Shown here piece by piece: positions 34,801-46,800 of a stretch of DNA of 64,000 nt. A model generated the notes under the pieces. It made no database searches, was not told where the DNA came from, and saw nothing but the letters and a program-made list of their open reading frames with translations. Position 1 is the first letter of the stretch. Each line of letters starts with the position of its first letter. A program made the position numbers and the translations under genes. This DNA is from Setoptus koraiensis (taxonomy: Eukaryota > Animalia > Arthropoda): contig CM106585.1 in the NCBI GenBank assembly GCA_048013815.1, forward strand, positions 13,330,001-13,394,000, in the 5' to 3' direction.

Positions 34801-36404
34801 TTTTGATTGTTGTTACTAATACCACTATCAGTTTTATCGTTATTTTTATTACCGTTGTTGTTGATTTTAGTATCACCGTAACTGCTGCAGCTGTTGGTAC
34901 CATAAACTTCTCTTTTCTGATCATTCCGGCAACTGCGCTTATCTTCACCGGCAACTAATTTTAGAGAATCGATATCGCTTTTACTATCTCCTGACCTATT
35001 TTCAACATCCCCGAAAAAATTAATTTGATTTTTGTGCTGACTAATCCTAGATTGATTGACTTTATCATCAGTCAGGTTGTTCAATTGATCCAAGTTGAGA
35101 GGCTGCCGAGAGTGATTTACTCGGAAGTCATTGCTGGACGATGTTTCATAGCGCGATTGACCATTTCGACCAATTTTGGTTTGGTGCTGCTGATGCACAT
35201 GATGATTCTCATTGTCACCCATTTGATGATGCGTATTGCTGGCGGCTGACAGATGATCTTCTTCGCTTAGCGTTGAGCCATTTGATGGTTTATAATTAAG
35301 ATTGTTCATTTTAATTCCTGTTGTTCGCTGATATTGTTGCAATATATTATTATAGTTTTCATAGTTGAACTTTCTTATCAAAGTGCTCAAAGATGAGGTA
35401 GGCGACAATTTGTCATTGCCACTACGATGTAACATGAGTTTTTTGTCGTTGACTTTGCCGTTGTTATAATTGTTGAGATGACTTGGAGAGGACGATGACG
35501 ATAACTTTTCGGCATGATTAGTAGGATTGTATAATTTAAATCTAGTAGTTGATTGTGGCTTATTATTGATAGACATCGCCGATGTCGACGATGATATGTG
35601 GAATAGTTTACAAGTGGCAGCCAAGAGGCCATTACCTGTTTTAGCAGGCGATGCAGTAGTCATTGTGACAACATTGGCAGCTTGATAATTATATTGGTGT
35701 CTATCTATCAAAGCTCCCTGTTGTTTTAGTTGTTGTTGTTGAGCTAGCGTTATTTGAGATATATTAACGTTAGCCAACGAGGAACTTAAGCCGCCATGTT
35801 GTTCGTGAAACAGAGCGCCAGATGTCGCTTGTTTTCTATTTAAACTGAGATTTATATTTTGGCTAAAGTTGCGGTGATGATGATATGACTGACTTGGTGC
35901 TTGTTTACTAACAAAGCTGAAATTCGGAAATGATGATGAGGCTGAATTGTAATTCAAATGATGTTCATGATCTATGTGTTTGTTTGTTTATGCGTTATAT
36001 GATTGACAGATTGAGAACGGTCCATGATTGGAATGGAGAGATGAGTTAATTAAAAATGTCGGATGGATTCCCGTTGGGAGTAGATATTTATGGATCGATG
36101 CTATCGATACATGAACCGATAAGATTAGCTCGCAAATGTACCTACCCATGAACTGTTTCTTGCGGTTCTTACTTGACTCGATTGTTGTCCAACTGCCGCA
36201 TTGGCTTCTGTCGTTGCTGAACGGTGACAAAGTTGAGGAAATATTGCGCGACAAAGAGCGTCTCAGTGAACGAGATATCGGCTTATCCAGCAGATACAGC
36301 AACAGAGGTAGACCGAGGCCCTCGATCAAAGTCAACCAAATGAGAATGTTGTCTAATATCGGGTTCCACATGTAGGGCATCATGTTTGTTGCTACGAGTA
36401 GAGC
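31896..36404 (-). CDS. Orphan membrane protein, ~1440 aa: two hydrophobic helices (GPCR TM6/TM7-like) plus a ~1350-aa N/S/Q-rich disordered tail; exons 36404-36146, 35971-31896; 5' end unresolved
   Basis: A 174-nt phase-1 GT-AG intron (36145-35972) joins the 131-aa and 1353-aa ORFs and removes the in-frame TAA at 35988. An acceptor (CCTAACAG) at 36405 extends the frame 7 codons above the ATG at 36383. Confidence 0.8.
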
Positions 36405-37126
36405 CTGTTAGGTTTTGAGGTAGGCAAGATGGCAGAAGGGATAAAACATACGGATGGTTAGCCATGGTGTCATCAATTAATTGTTTGCTCGGTCCGGATA
36501 CCGATTAATCAGTATTAGGATAATTAATCTTTTGTTCTTTTTTGCTATTTAAACTTGGCGCTTGGATCGGGTCGAGCTTGCACCCTGCGACCGTGGAACC
36601 TCAACGATCTGGTGCATGAGATTGGGTGCAGCTCGACAAGACTCAAGTGTTGAGTCCACTATAATATAGACTCAGTATAGATATATACTGTACTGTACTG
36701 TACAGTACATGTACAGATAAATTGCAAGTATTCATGAATCATGATGATAAATTTGACATCAACAGATACTCTGCAAAACTGTTGATTTGCATAATAATTA
36801 AAGTCGCTATACATGCAGCAATATGGAGTGATCACACGAATCTAACATATAAAAAATAAATAGTATGGTCCCAATTCGCTGGCTTTCATCCAGCAGTCAC
36901 CTTTTGCATTGATGATTAGCATGATGTAGGGCTTCGCTTGTTACATGAGAAAAGAAATCGCAAGTTATAGCTGTAGCGAGGCCAACATTGTACATTGTAC
37001 GACCGGATTGTCTATCTATGACTCGTATCGTATTTTCAACTCTTGGGTGGGCATCTATTGGACCGGATAGCAAGCCAGCGAGAGTCATGGCATGAAAGGA
37101 TATTATACTTATACTGATACAGTTAC

Positions 37127-37239
37127 CATGCCGACCATCACAGGCGCAGTGGGTGAGAGACAGACCGGCACACAGTGCAAGAAACAGCCATTATTTATTC
37201 TGGCAGTTATGCAACAAATACACTCAAGGAGACCTTTCG
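37127..37239 (-). CDS. Candidate upstream exon of the orphan gene (KGLLECICCITARINNGCFLHCVPVCLSPTAPVMVGM)
   Basis: GATTCAG acceptor, open frame, and a GTAACT phase-0 donor compatible with the 36404 exon; the join completes a hydrophobic helix. Confidence 0.3.
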
Positions 37240-38717
37240 CTGAATCAATCCACCATAGCGCATAACATGTATACACACATCATATATTATAATATATACA
37301 TACATATAAATAGCTGTATGTATATGACAAGATGGACATTTGCGATGCTGATGGATTTAGAGTTGAAAGTTAATGCCTCAGATACACACGGCCGGACACC
37401 AGCAACAACAGTTAGCCAGCTAGTATGGTCACAGCAAACCTCTCTAACTAACTAACTTAGTTGAGGAGAAATCTACATGTTAGTCAGGTTAGTTAGAATC
37501 ACACGCATCGTCTCATTCGCTGGCGCTGATGATTTGAATTGCACCGTTGTTGCACTTTGAGTAGTACGGGTCATCATGATGATTCGACTGGCCGATTTGT
37601 TGTGCACAAACACCAAAGACGGACATTGCAAAAGCTGCCCGTCAGTGATTCTGAGGCAGCTGGACCACTGGCCGGCTCAATCAGTCAGCAGTCTGGGCAA
37701 CAAGTCCAAAGTCCACTACCAGGTACAGAGGAGCTAAAACAAGATTTGTTTCAGCAGCGGCAACAACAACAACAACAGCACCAGCAACGGCGACAAGACA
37801 ACAACGGCAACAACAACCAATGCACAAAAGCGAGACTGGACAACTACTACCTGTAAAAATACACACACGCAGAGCCAATGGTTAAATCGGGAGGCACGGA
37901 GCCATGGCTATACGATAACAACAGTAATGCAAGTTATGCATAGATTGATGATGATGATGAACATCCAAAAGATTGCTACAGACGACGGTCTAGATGACAT
38001 GACGTTGGTGTTGTTTCCTCTTTGCATTTTTGTTATTTACAACCATTGATACCATACACGGACTAACAAAAATAGTCAGTCACAATGCACATACAATCAA
38101 CATCAACACATACTCGCAACAGCGATAATATAACTATTGCACAAAGCAATGTGTTATTAATCTCAGACACGATAGTATAGTTCCTTTTCCTTTATTCCAT
38201 AACTAATTTATTTAGATGCTATCCTCTAGGAAATATCCACTATCATCTCCTATATTTGGTCATGGATTCAATATTACAGTATTATTATAGCACACAAACG
38301 CTACTCAAACACGGCAACAATATGCCATACAGCTAACAGTATAGCAATATTGCAATATCACAATAGATGGATAATGTTGCTGGTCGTCGTCTAACAAACA
38401 GTAGTGTTACCAGTAGTAATGGCAGCAGGAATTTCAACAACAGCCGGGAGATACTTAGATAAAAATTATCCTTACAGCTATCTGGACACACAAGACGACA
38501 ACAGAGTGCCTTGAGTTGCAGCGATATCTCTCTGGCTCTCTCTCTCTCCTCCATTCTTTCGATTCGTCACTCGCAAGCTACTAACTGGATCGCACAACCG
38601 CCAGCATTGACACAATCGACAATGGCCGGATGGAAAATGAAACTTCACACACCGGCCCGGCTAGACGATGGCGTTCTGAAAGCACCAGTGGATAGAAATG
38701 ATCAAATTCAAATATCG

Positions 38718-38720
<3 letters not shown>

Positions 38721-38792
<72 letters not shown>
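38721..38792. repeat. (GT)36 microsatellite
   Basis: Perfect run read directly. Confidence 0.95.
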
Positions 38793-38795
<3 letters not shown>

Positions 38796-39576
38796 GAGAG
38801 ACACGACAAGTGCTGATTATGATAGTGGCTCATGAACAGCAGGTTTGGGTACAACGGCTAGTCGAAATATATCACACGGAGAGGATTTGGTCACCATCGA
38901 TCGTCAACAATTGGCACAAGGGCATTAAAAGCCTATTGAAGGTTGATTCGAAGGATGCGATCTTGACGTCAGACACCGATATTTGATTCGCTCTTTCGCT
39001 GATACAGTTAGCTGTTGCTATTAAGTCCAAGTCGAAACATCGGCAAAGAAAACGACATTCTCGCTCTATGTCAGTCAGAAGGATCGAATTGCACACACAC
39101 ATTCGTGGTGGCTTGCTGTATTTACAGTCGATCTCAAGTTGGCAAGCTAGATGTTAGTAAACAACAACAACAAGTAGCAGCAATAGTGGAGACACAAGTT
39201 TTTTAAGTCACAACGAATTAGACGGATCGAATAGGATCGGATTAGATCAACTTTTACTCTGCAATTGATAATTGAGCTAGTTTCACAGGTTGCGCAAGTC
39301 TTGCTGCAGCAGCAGAGTTAATCATTTAGATGATGATCATCATCAACAGCCTCTCATAACTACATAGGCAAAGGAAAATTAATGCCAGCGACAACTACAA
39401 ATAGCCAAAATAGTTTACGGGCGCCACAGCGGCTGAAATTCAGATTACCTAATCTAATAAATCAATTGAAATGGGACCATGAACCACTAGCATGAGTTGT
39501 CTCATGTCTCATTGGGTTGTCCGGCGGTGGAATTGACGTGCGGTAGTTGCCGGTGAGAAAAAAAAAAGTGACTCAC

Positions 39577-39641
39577 TTCCACGGTCGCTGCTATCGATAA
39601 CGCTAATCTAATAGGAAGCAATTCTCTGCAATGCTTTGTTG
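39577..39641 (-). other. Candidate 65-nt internal exon (coding or UTR)
   Basis: Pyrimidine-rich acceptor (TTGTTTTCGCAG) and a consensus GTGAGT donor; only one frame is open. Confidence 0.2.
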
Positions 39642-42600
39642 CTGCGAAAACAACAATAATAAAACAACAGCAACGCCAATAGTAGAAACAAAAATAACGG
39701 CACCAACAACAACAATGATAAGCAACAGGTTGTCCCGATTCAAGTTCACAAACTACATTCTTTCTCAATGTAAACTTGTGTGTATATCGGCATTCTTTAT
39801 TGATGCATAAAGGACCAGCAAAACTTGTATTGGTAGCCATAAGACGCATTAACGGAATATGCGTCCGACTGGAGTGACGGCTGGCGGTTAACGGTTAGAC
39901 TGAATTTGTCAATCATTGTCGATCCATATCCGTCATTCGTCTTGTCGTTGTTCTAATTTGCCTAGCTAGCTGGCAATTTTATACGCCAAGACCGGTGTGT
40001 GTTCCATCCATTCATTCGAGCACAACTACCTACTACTGAAAGTAACTACTGTAGGTATTACATAACAACAAACACACAAATATTATGTATTGTTGTTATT
40101 GCTGATCATCATCATTAAACACAGCAAGTCTTTGTGAGAGGGTGTACATTTAATAGAGTAAAGATCTCTTTCTCCCTATTCCTCTGTCTCTGTCTGTCTA
40201 ACTGTCTGTCTGACTGTGTGTGTGTGTATGTTTTGTTATTGTTATTGTAGTTGTGGCAGTCGGAATCAATTAGTATTATATGCATATGCAGTACAAACTT
40301 GTGGCTCGCTTGCATTTGCGTATTATTACATTTGGCTCGCCACTTCCATCTTGGCCCGATGGACAGCCACTAGCTGAGCGTTAGCCGGCAACGACTGAGC
40401 GAGAGCCATATAAGATAATCTGTGAAATTAATGATAGCTATCCTCTAATTCCATCTCTTCTACTCTCATAGTCAAATGACACATAACAAGTGTATCATTC
40501 ATCATTCATTAGGCGGCAGGGGAGTAATAGTGACGGCAACTAGACTAGTCAACTGCGCACAATAATGGATCGTTATAACGTTATTTACTGCCGGTGTTGG
40601 CTGGCTAGCCCGGTGTGAGCGAGTCGGATATACACGACCGAGAGATCAAACGGCAACAGCAATAACGACAACATGTTTCTAGCGCGGATAGAGCGAAAGT
40701 TTGCTTGTTGGGCTCAACGAGACAGCTAGCTCAGTGTGATAGGACGATAAATCAAAAAGTCATCATTTTTCATCTGTACGGTATGTACTGTGTGTATGGT
40801 AGGCGTTCAACGGGCAAACTGTAACTTTCTTTTATCATCCCTTTGGTACAGTTATCTCGCCTGAGTGAGAGAGTGCCGTTATATCACAATATTATCATAA
40901 TATAATAACGTAAAATGTAATAACAATAATAATATCATAAGCGTTTGCCGATCAAATTTAATTAAAGTCGCCACATACAATGCGCGAGTGGTCAGTTGGT
41001 GTTGGCTGGCGACCGTTTGCTGGCCAGCGCCGGCGCCACTGACCGTTCGCTCTGGCCGAGCCAGCAGTGTAGCAATGATACATTTATACATAAATATATA
41101 TATATATTTATATTAATGAGTCAATCACGACAATGACAACCACTTTGGCCCTTGCCTCTAATGAACGCTTACGTAAGCTCTCGCATGTAAGTGCACCGGT
41201 TGTTGTTGAGAGTTCGATCAACTTTATCCGCGCAACAATCTGTTGTCAGACAAGAGTCTTTGTTGTCGGCGTTGTCGTGCCAGACAGCGACCCCTCGGCC
41301 GAGCACTCTATGCAACGCAATGCAGGCGATACATTATTAGTGCTGGCCATTTTCGGGCCAGGTTAAGTGGTCATGAAGAGACGCGTCAGAGGGTCTGGCT
41401 TGTGTTGATCTGACACGAGTAAAAAACACTTTGCAATCGCCAGCTTTGAGCGATTTGTGGCAGCAGTTTCAGTCGACAACTAGTTATCATTCATCTGCGG
41501 ACTCATCGTCGTCCGCTAACGCACCGCTACAATCTAATAAAAGGAGCGAGGTGCCAATAATGATAATGATGATAATAATACATACATACATATTATTATT
41601 ACACATAATATGTTTGTATAATGTTGCTGATTTAATCGAAACTGCTCCTCGCTACATTCAGTGATTATGTAACTCAGCTGCGAGATAATATCTGACCGAT
41701 GAGCAGCACTACTACTGTTGCTTGAGCGGTTGCTGGCAGCCGCTAGTTGGCAATCACGACTGGCCGGCCAGTCGGGATTAGTTGCCGTTGTTGCCGCTAA
41801 CTAATACCCGCCAACGGTTAGCTGGAGACCGAATCAATCAATCGATTGGATGCCACTCCGCTCGGCTCTGGCTCGAACGGGCTCCACTCGGCTTTGGCTC
41901 TAACGGGCTCCACTCGGCGCCACTTGGCTCCACTCAGACGCCACTCTGGACGGCCAGTGACGAGTGGCGCCACCACTGACAACATTGTGAGCAACATGAG
42001 CGCACCGTTATGAGAGAGAGAGAGAGAGAGAGCAAGAGAAAAGTTGTTGCGCAACAACAAGAATAACTTTGCGCCTGGCAGCGACGACGCAAAGGGGGCT
42101 CGTCATCGTCGCTGGCCAGCAGTGGAGCAGTTGAGTGGCGCTTGTTTTTTGCCTCAAATGAAGTTGCAACGGCATTGCCAACAATGAAACTGATCGTCTA
42201 AAAATACGCCGCACTTGTTGCGTTTGCGCAACTTTCATCTGGCTCTCGGATTGGATCGGCTCGGACTGTGCCCATGGCCGCATTGCCGGCCGCCCGAGTG
42301 GGCCATCGTAGCGAGCCGAGCCGAGATTGGGCAGCGGTCTTGTCGACAAACAGTGGAGCAGTGGAGCTAGCCATCAGGTAGTGGCTGGCAATCAGCAGAC
42401 GACAAGAGCGCCGTTCTCATGCGATGCTGATTGATCTTGAATCTTGGTTTGCGATGCCGCGGTAGCTACATTAAAAGCGATATGTCTTTGTTAGCTGCGC
42501 TGGCCAACTAAAAACTTGAGATATAAACGACCGTGGCACACAAACAACAACAGCATACTCACACACACACACCGACAAGGCTGAAATCAATCACAGCGAC

Positions 42601-43823
42601 GCCGTCAGCTGTGAGAGGCTGCTATTAGCTTGCCAAGTTGCCGTTTGATGATCATCGTGAGCAACCATCGGACAGCAACACAACAGTCGCTTGATGAACA
42701 GTGAGCATGGTCAGTTGCGCAATGGGGTTAGTGGAAGCGCCATTGTGCCAGCAAGCCAGCAAACGTTGAGTCGGCCGGCCGGCCAATTGGACTCTTTATC
42801 ATCGTCGGCGTAGTAATGAAATGGCCCGAGTCAAATCGCACAATCGAGCCTCATCGCAGCAAGCGACACTCATGCCGCAGCAGCAGCGTATAGCAACATA
42901 CGCCGTGGACATGTGTTGCATGGTTACGTCAGGCGACTAACGGGCCACACTCTTGTCGCCTGGCGCATAAAGTTGCGCAACACACACAATGACAAGTGTC
43001 GTATACGGTGTCAGCGGTGGCATTAGACAGTGCGTATAAATAATAGAAACGAGCACATAAGTATAAGTAGCAACGGTCGCCGATAACAACAATGCCCACT
43101 GTGTGTCACAATGTCAGCTGACTCACTGACAGACAGCTGACTGCAGCTCATTGCCAGTTTGACAGTTTTGAGTTTGTCACCGCTCGCTGTTTGCGCCCGC
43201 TGGCTAGCCAAGGTTTGCCCGTTGCCTGGCTACTGTTTGCCTGTTGGCGAGCCAATGGTCGAGCCGTATCTGTCTAGGCCGAGCCAGCGAGCTAGTGACA
43301 CCGCTGTACGCAGCAATTGCAGCAGGCAGCATGATGCAGCCATATGATCATTGTATAATAATAGTGTTGCGAGCCGAGATCATCTTTACTCGTTAACCTT
43401 GACAAGCCATTGTCTCTGGCGCAATCCGATGGACACACCTCGGTCGCCCTTCAGCCTCGGTGGCGTCTGCTAGCGCTGCTGTTGTGATGCAACCGATGTT
43501 GACATTTTTTCCTTCTCCGACTCTGCAATCTCGACTCGGCGAACGCCGTGCAGCAAGGGGCCAACTGTCGCTCAGTGTGAGCAATTCTTTTGGAGATTTT
43601 GAAGATTCATTCATTCTTTTGGCGCCTCGTCGCGAGTCACAGTGCCAATGGGCACAGTGCAATTGTGCATTGTGCTGTCGCGGGTGCCGCCGCCATATGA
43701 TTGGCGAATAATACGAATAATAATACGCTTCGAAAAGAAGAAGAAAAAGAAAAAATGATGCCGCCGAACGTAAGGAACGAAATGGAGCGAACAGGCGTTT
43801 TTAGCCTGAAGCAGCCGTTACTT

Positions 43824-43859
<36 letters not shown>

Positions 43860-46800
43860 TGGAAATGTCAAATGTCTGACGCAACAACAATGACGCACAC
43901 ACAATCACTGCAGGACAGGTGATACGCCGAGGCGGAGAGAGTACCGTTATTGCAGTCACATGGACGGAGCAGTATGGCCGGTATGGCCAGTATGGCCGGT
44001 ATGACAGCTTGACAAAAGGCGCTGCATGAGACTGGTGGTCGTACGGTTGCGCAATAATGATGGAAGCCGCCAATCACTTACATCACTTTGATTCAATTTG
44101 ACCATTGTTCCTGATTGTCGCTGTTGTGCCGCTGGCCCACTCCTGATTGTAGCTGTTGCCGGCCGAGTCACACTCGATCTGTTTTCTAGTCCATCGCCTG
44201 GTGGCGCTGAATAATTGGCATGAATACGGCCCGCTCCATTAAGTGACCACTGGCCGGTTTGGCCAGTGGCTCACACTTGACAGAACAGCGCGTCGAGGGA
44301 CAGCAGCGGCCTGTTTTGTTGGGGCCGGCCGTGAGAGGGCGCAGCGCGACGGCACTTGGCACAATCACTCACTCACACAATCTCAGTCGCTTTGCGGCGG
44401 CCGGCTCATCGCATTGCGGAAGTTGGCCACTCGACCGGCCATTCGCAGCGGCTCGACCGGCTTGAACTTAGAGCGTGTCAAGTTGGACAAGCTTGGACCC
44501 GTTTGTTGGAGAGAGACAGATAACAGCAACATCGGGCCAACGAAGCCGGCGGCCGGCGATGATTTACCTGGGTGCTCACACTAAAATTGAGCGATAGTTT
44601 GCGATAATGCCGGTCGCTGTTGAACTTAGACGCTCACACGTTGTTAGACGCTCATACGTTGTTGGAAAAGCGCGCTTGTAACGCGTCGTTGCTGCTGAAA
44701 CCGGCGATGATCATTATTAGAGTAACAAATCATTCTAGCGCATGAATAGTTTTGCCTCTTAATTATGAATTGTTCGCTCGCTGAGCAAATAACAACAGCA
44801 TCAACTTGTGCCAACTGCGATCATCACACCGTCTGATGTCGGATCTCTGCATTGTTGATGCCATTACGTAACATGCGTCTTGCAATGTGTGTTGACCGAG
44901 CAGAGTGAGCGCGCTGAGTGAATTTGGCCGGTTTTGGCCGGATATGGCCGTAACTCTTGTGTATGATTTATTTCGCTTTTGGTTTTGTTTGCGCCGATTG
45001 AACGTGGCCATCGCCATGTTTGATGTGAGTTTATCTGGGCTTAAAGAGTCTCGATTTTAAATGGTCGTCGCTGCGCTGAGCGTCCGATGAGCCGATCGAG
45101 TGGCTTTGTTTGCCAACAAAGGCGCCAGTTGAATCAAACGAGCTGAACGAATCGACGATTGAATCAAATGAGGCCGCTCACCGGCTCTCGTCGCCGCCGC
45201 TGCAGCCAGTCTATTTATAGCCTGTTGTCTTGTGTGTTTATTTATCGCCGTTTTATCGCAGCAACTGCACGCCAACAACCCAACACCTCAGCGGTTACCT
45301 AGAGCCAGTGAGGCAAACGCAAACAAACAGGCGCAACATGACATGGGCACAACAACAATTGATCGAGATAACGTTGAAGGGTCTAATTGAATGGATCGAG
45401 TTGAGCTGTCACACTTTCGAGGATCACTGCAGGACTATGCGACTATGCAACAGGTAAACGGAACAAGCGAAAGAATGAATCATTTATAGCGATCTCCTTT
45501 CTCTTTTGGGCGCGCGATTATTTTCGCTCGATTTTGTTTCGCATCCGGCGAGTCGTTTGCGCGGCCACTCAGTGCCCTTGTTTAACAAGACTTGTTAGCT
45601 TACTTGTTACTCGTTGTATTCACCTCTCTGGCTCCGGTAAACGCGATAAACGCCCGATAACTGCCAACTGTGCGTTCGTTGCTGCTTGTCGTGCCCGCAA
45701 GTGTCTCGATAAATGATAAATTGGCCACCTATCAGTCCGACAGTTTGGCATCACGTCACACGGTCGCATTGCGCGCATAGCTGGGCGCGATGTGGGTGCG
45801 AGCACCAGTGTCATTGAGCGTGGCCAAGCGAGCGTTTGGGCGCTCGAGCAACGGCTTCTAGCTGCCATTTTGCGACCAATTTCGCTCTAAGCTCGCTCAA
45901 TCGCTCCGAGACACAGCGCCAGACCGAGACTACAAGACGCAAGCAGCTACGGCAGCGCAATGGTGAGTCAGTCGCAGGGAGGCTCGATGAGAGGCGAGCC
46001 AACATGTTGCTGGCCGGTGATTGGCACGGTGACCAGGTAATAGGTGATGATTGACCCGGTCGCCATTGGCACTCTGGCCGCCAGAGTCTGGTGGCTGGCC
46101 ACAGACAGAGGGAGAGAGCGGCCAGTTGGAGAAACTCCCGCAAATGGCCGCCAATGTAACCGACAATACAGCCTGATGTTTGTGTTCATTTGCACCGAAG
46201 GATATGAGCAATTGCGCAATAATGGCAAACAAACATAATTACATAATGTCCATGTGTACCAACACACTGTGGCGAGATGGAGATATTTTTAGCGAAATAT
46301 TTTTAGCCGGTTGCCAGATATCATTGGCCCGGTGTGTATGGCGGCATTTATAATTATCACTGCTTGCGTCTTATTTTCAGTTGGCTGGAGTTTCGCCGGC
46401 GTTCAAGTCTCGCCATGAGGTTCTGTTGTCGTTTTGTTTGGTCGCGTCGTTGCCTTTGTTTATCCGTTCAAGTTTGTTTATCGAGTTGCACTTGTTGTTG
46501 GCCGGATAAACAAGCAGACAGCGCCAAAAGAAAGTCGCCCTGTCGGCTCACACAAGCGATGCGGCCCGATACACTGAATGGGAAGCTCGAGTTGATATCT
46601 CTTGAAACTTTTGGCTCGCTAATGATCATAATGACGACGATAATGATCAGCGGCGGTGTCTGCATCACTTGTAATTGTCGTACTGGCGCACTAATAACGT
46701 CGCGCTAATAACCGCTCGCCGCTCTCTGCCCGACGATGAACAGACGATAAGACGCCGGCTCACAAGCCGCGCGACTAAAACTTGAGTCAACTTTGACTGA

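Noticed and set aside
35988-35990. Single in-frame TAA between the 131-aa and 1353-aa ORFs, suggesting stop-codon readthrough
   Set aside because: A phase-compatible GT-AG intron (36145-35972) removes it; splicing is the simpler explanation.
38333-38554. Leu-rich ORF with FLLPLLLVTLLF resembling GPCR TM5
   Set aside because: Explainable by local CTG/CTA/TTA repeats; I found no phase-consistent splice path to the orphan gene.
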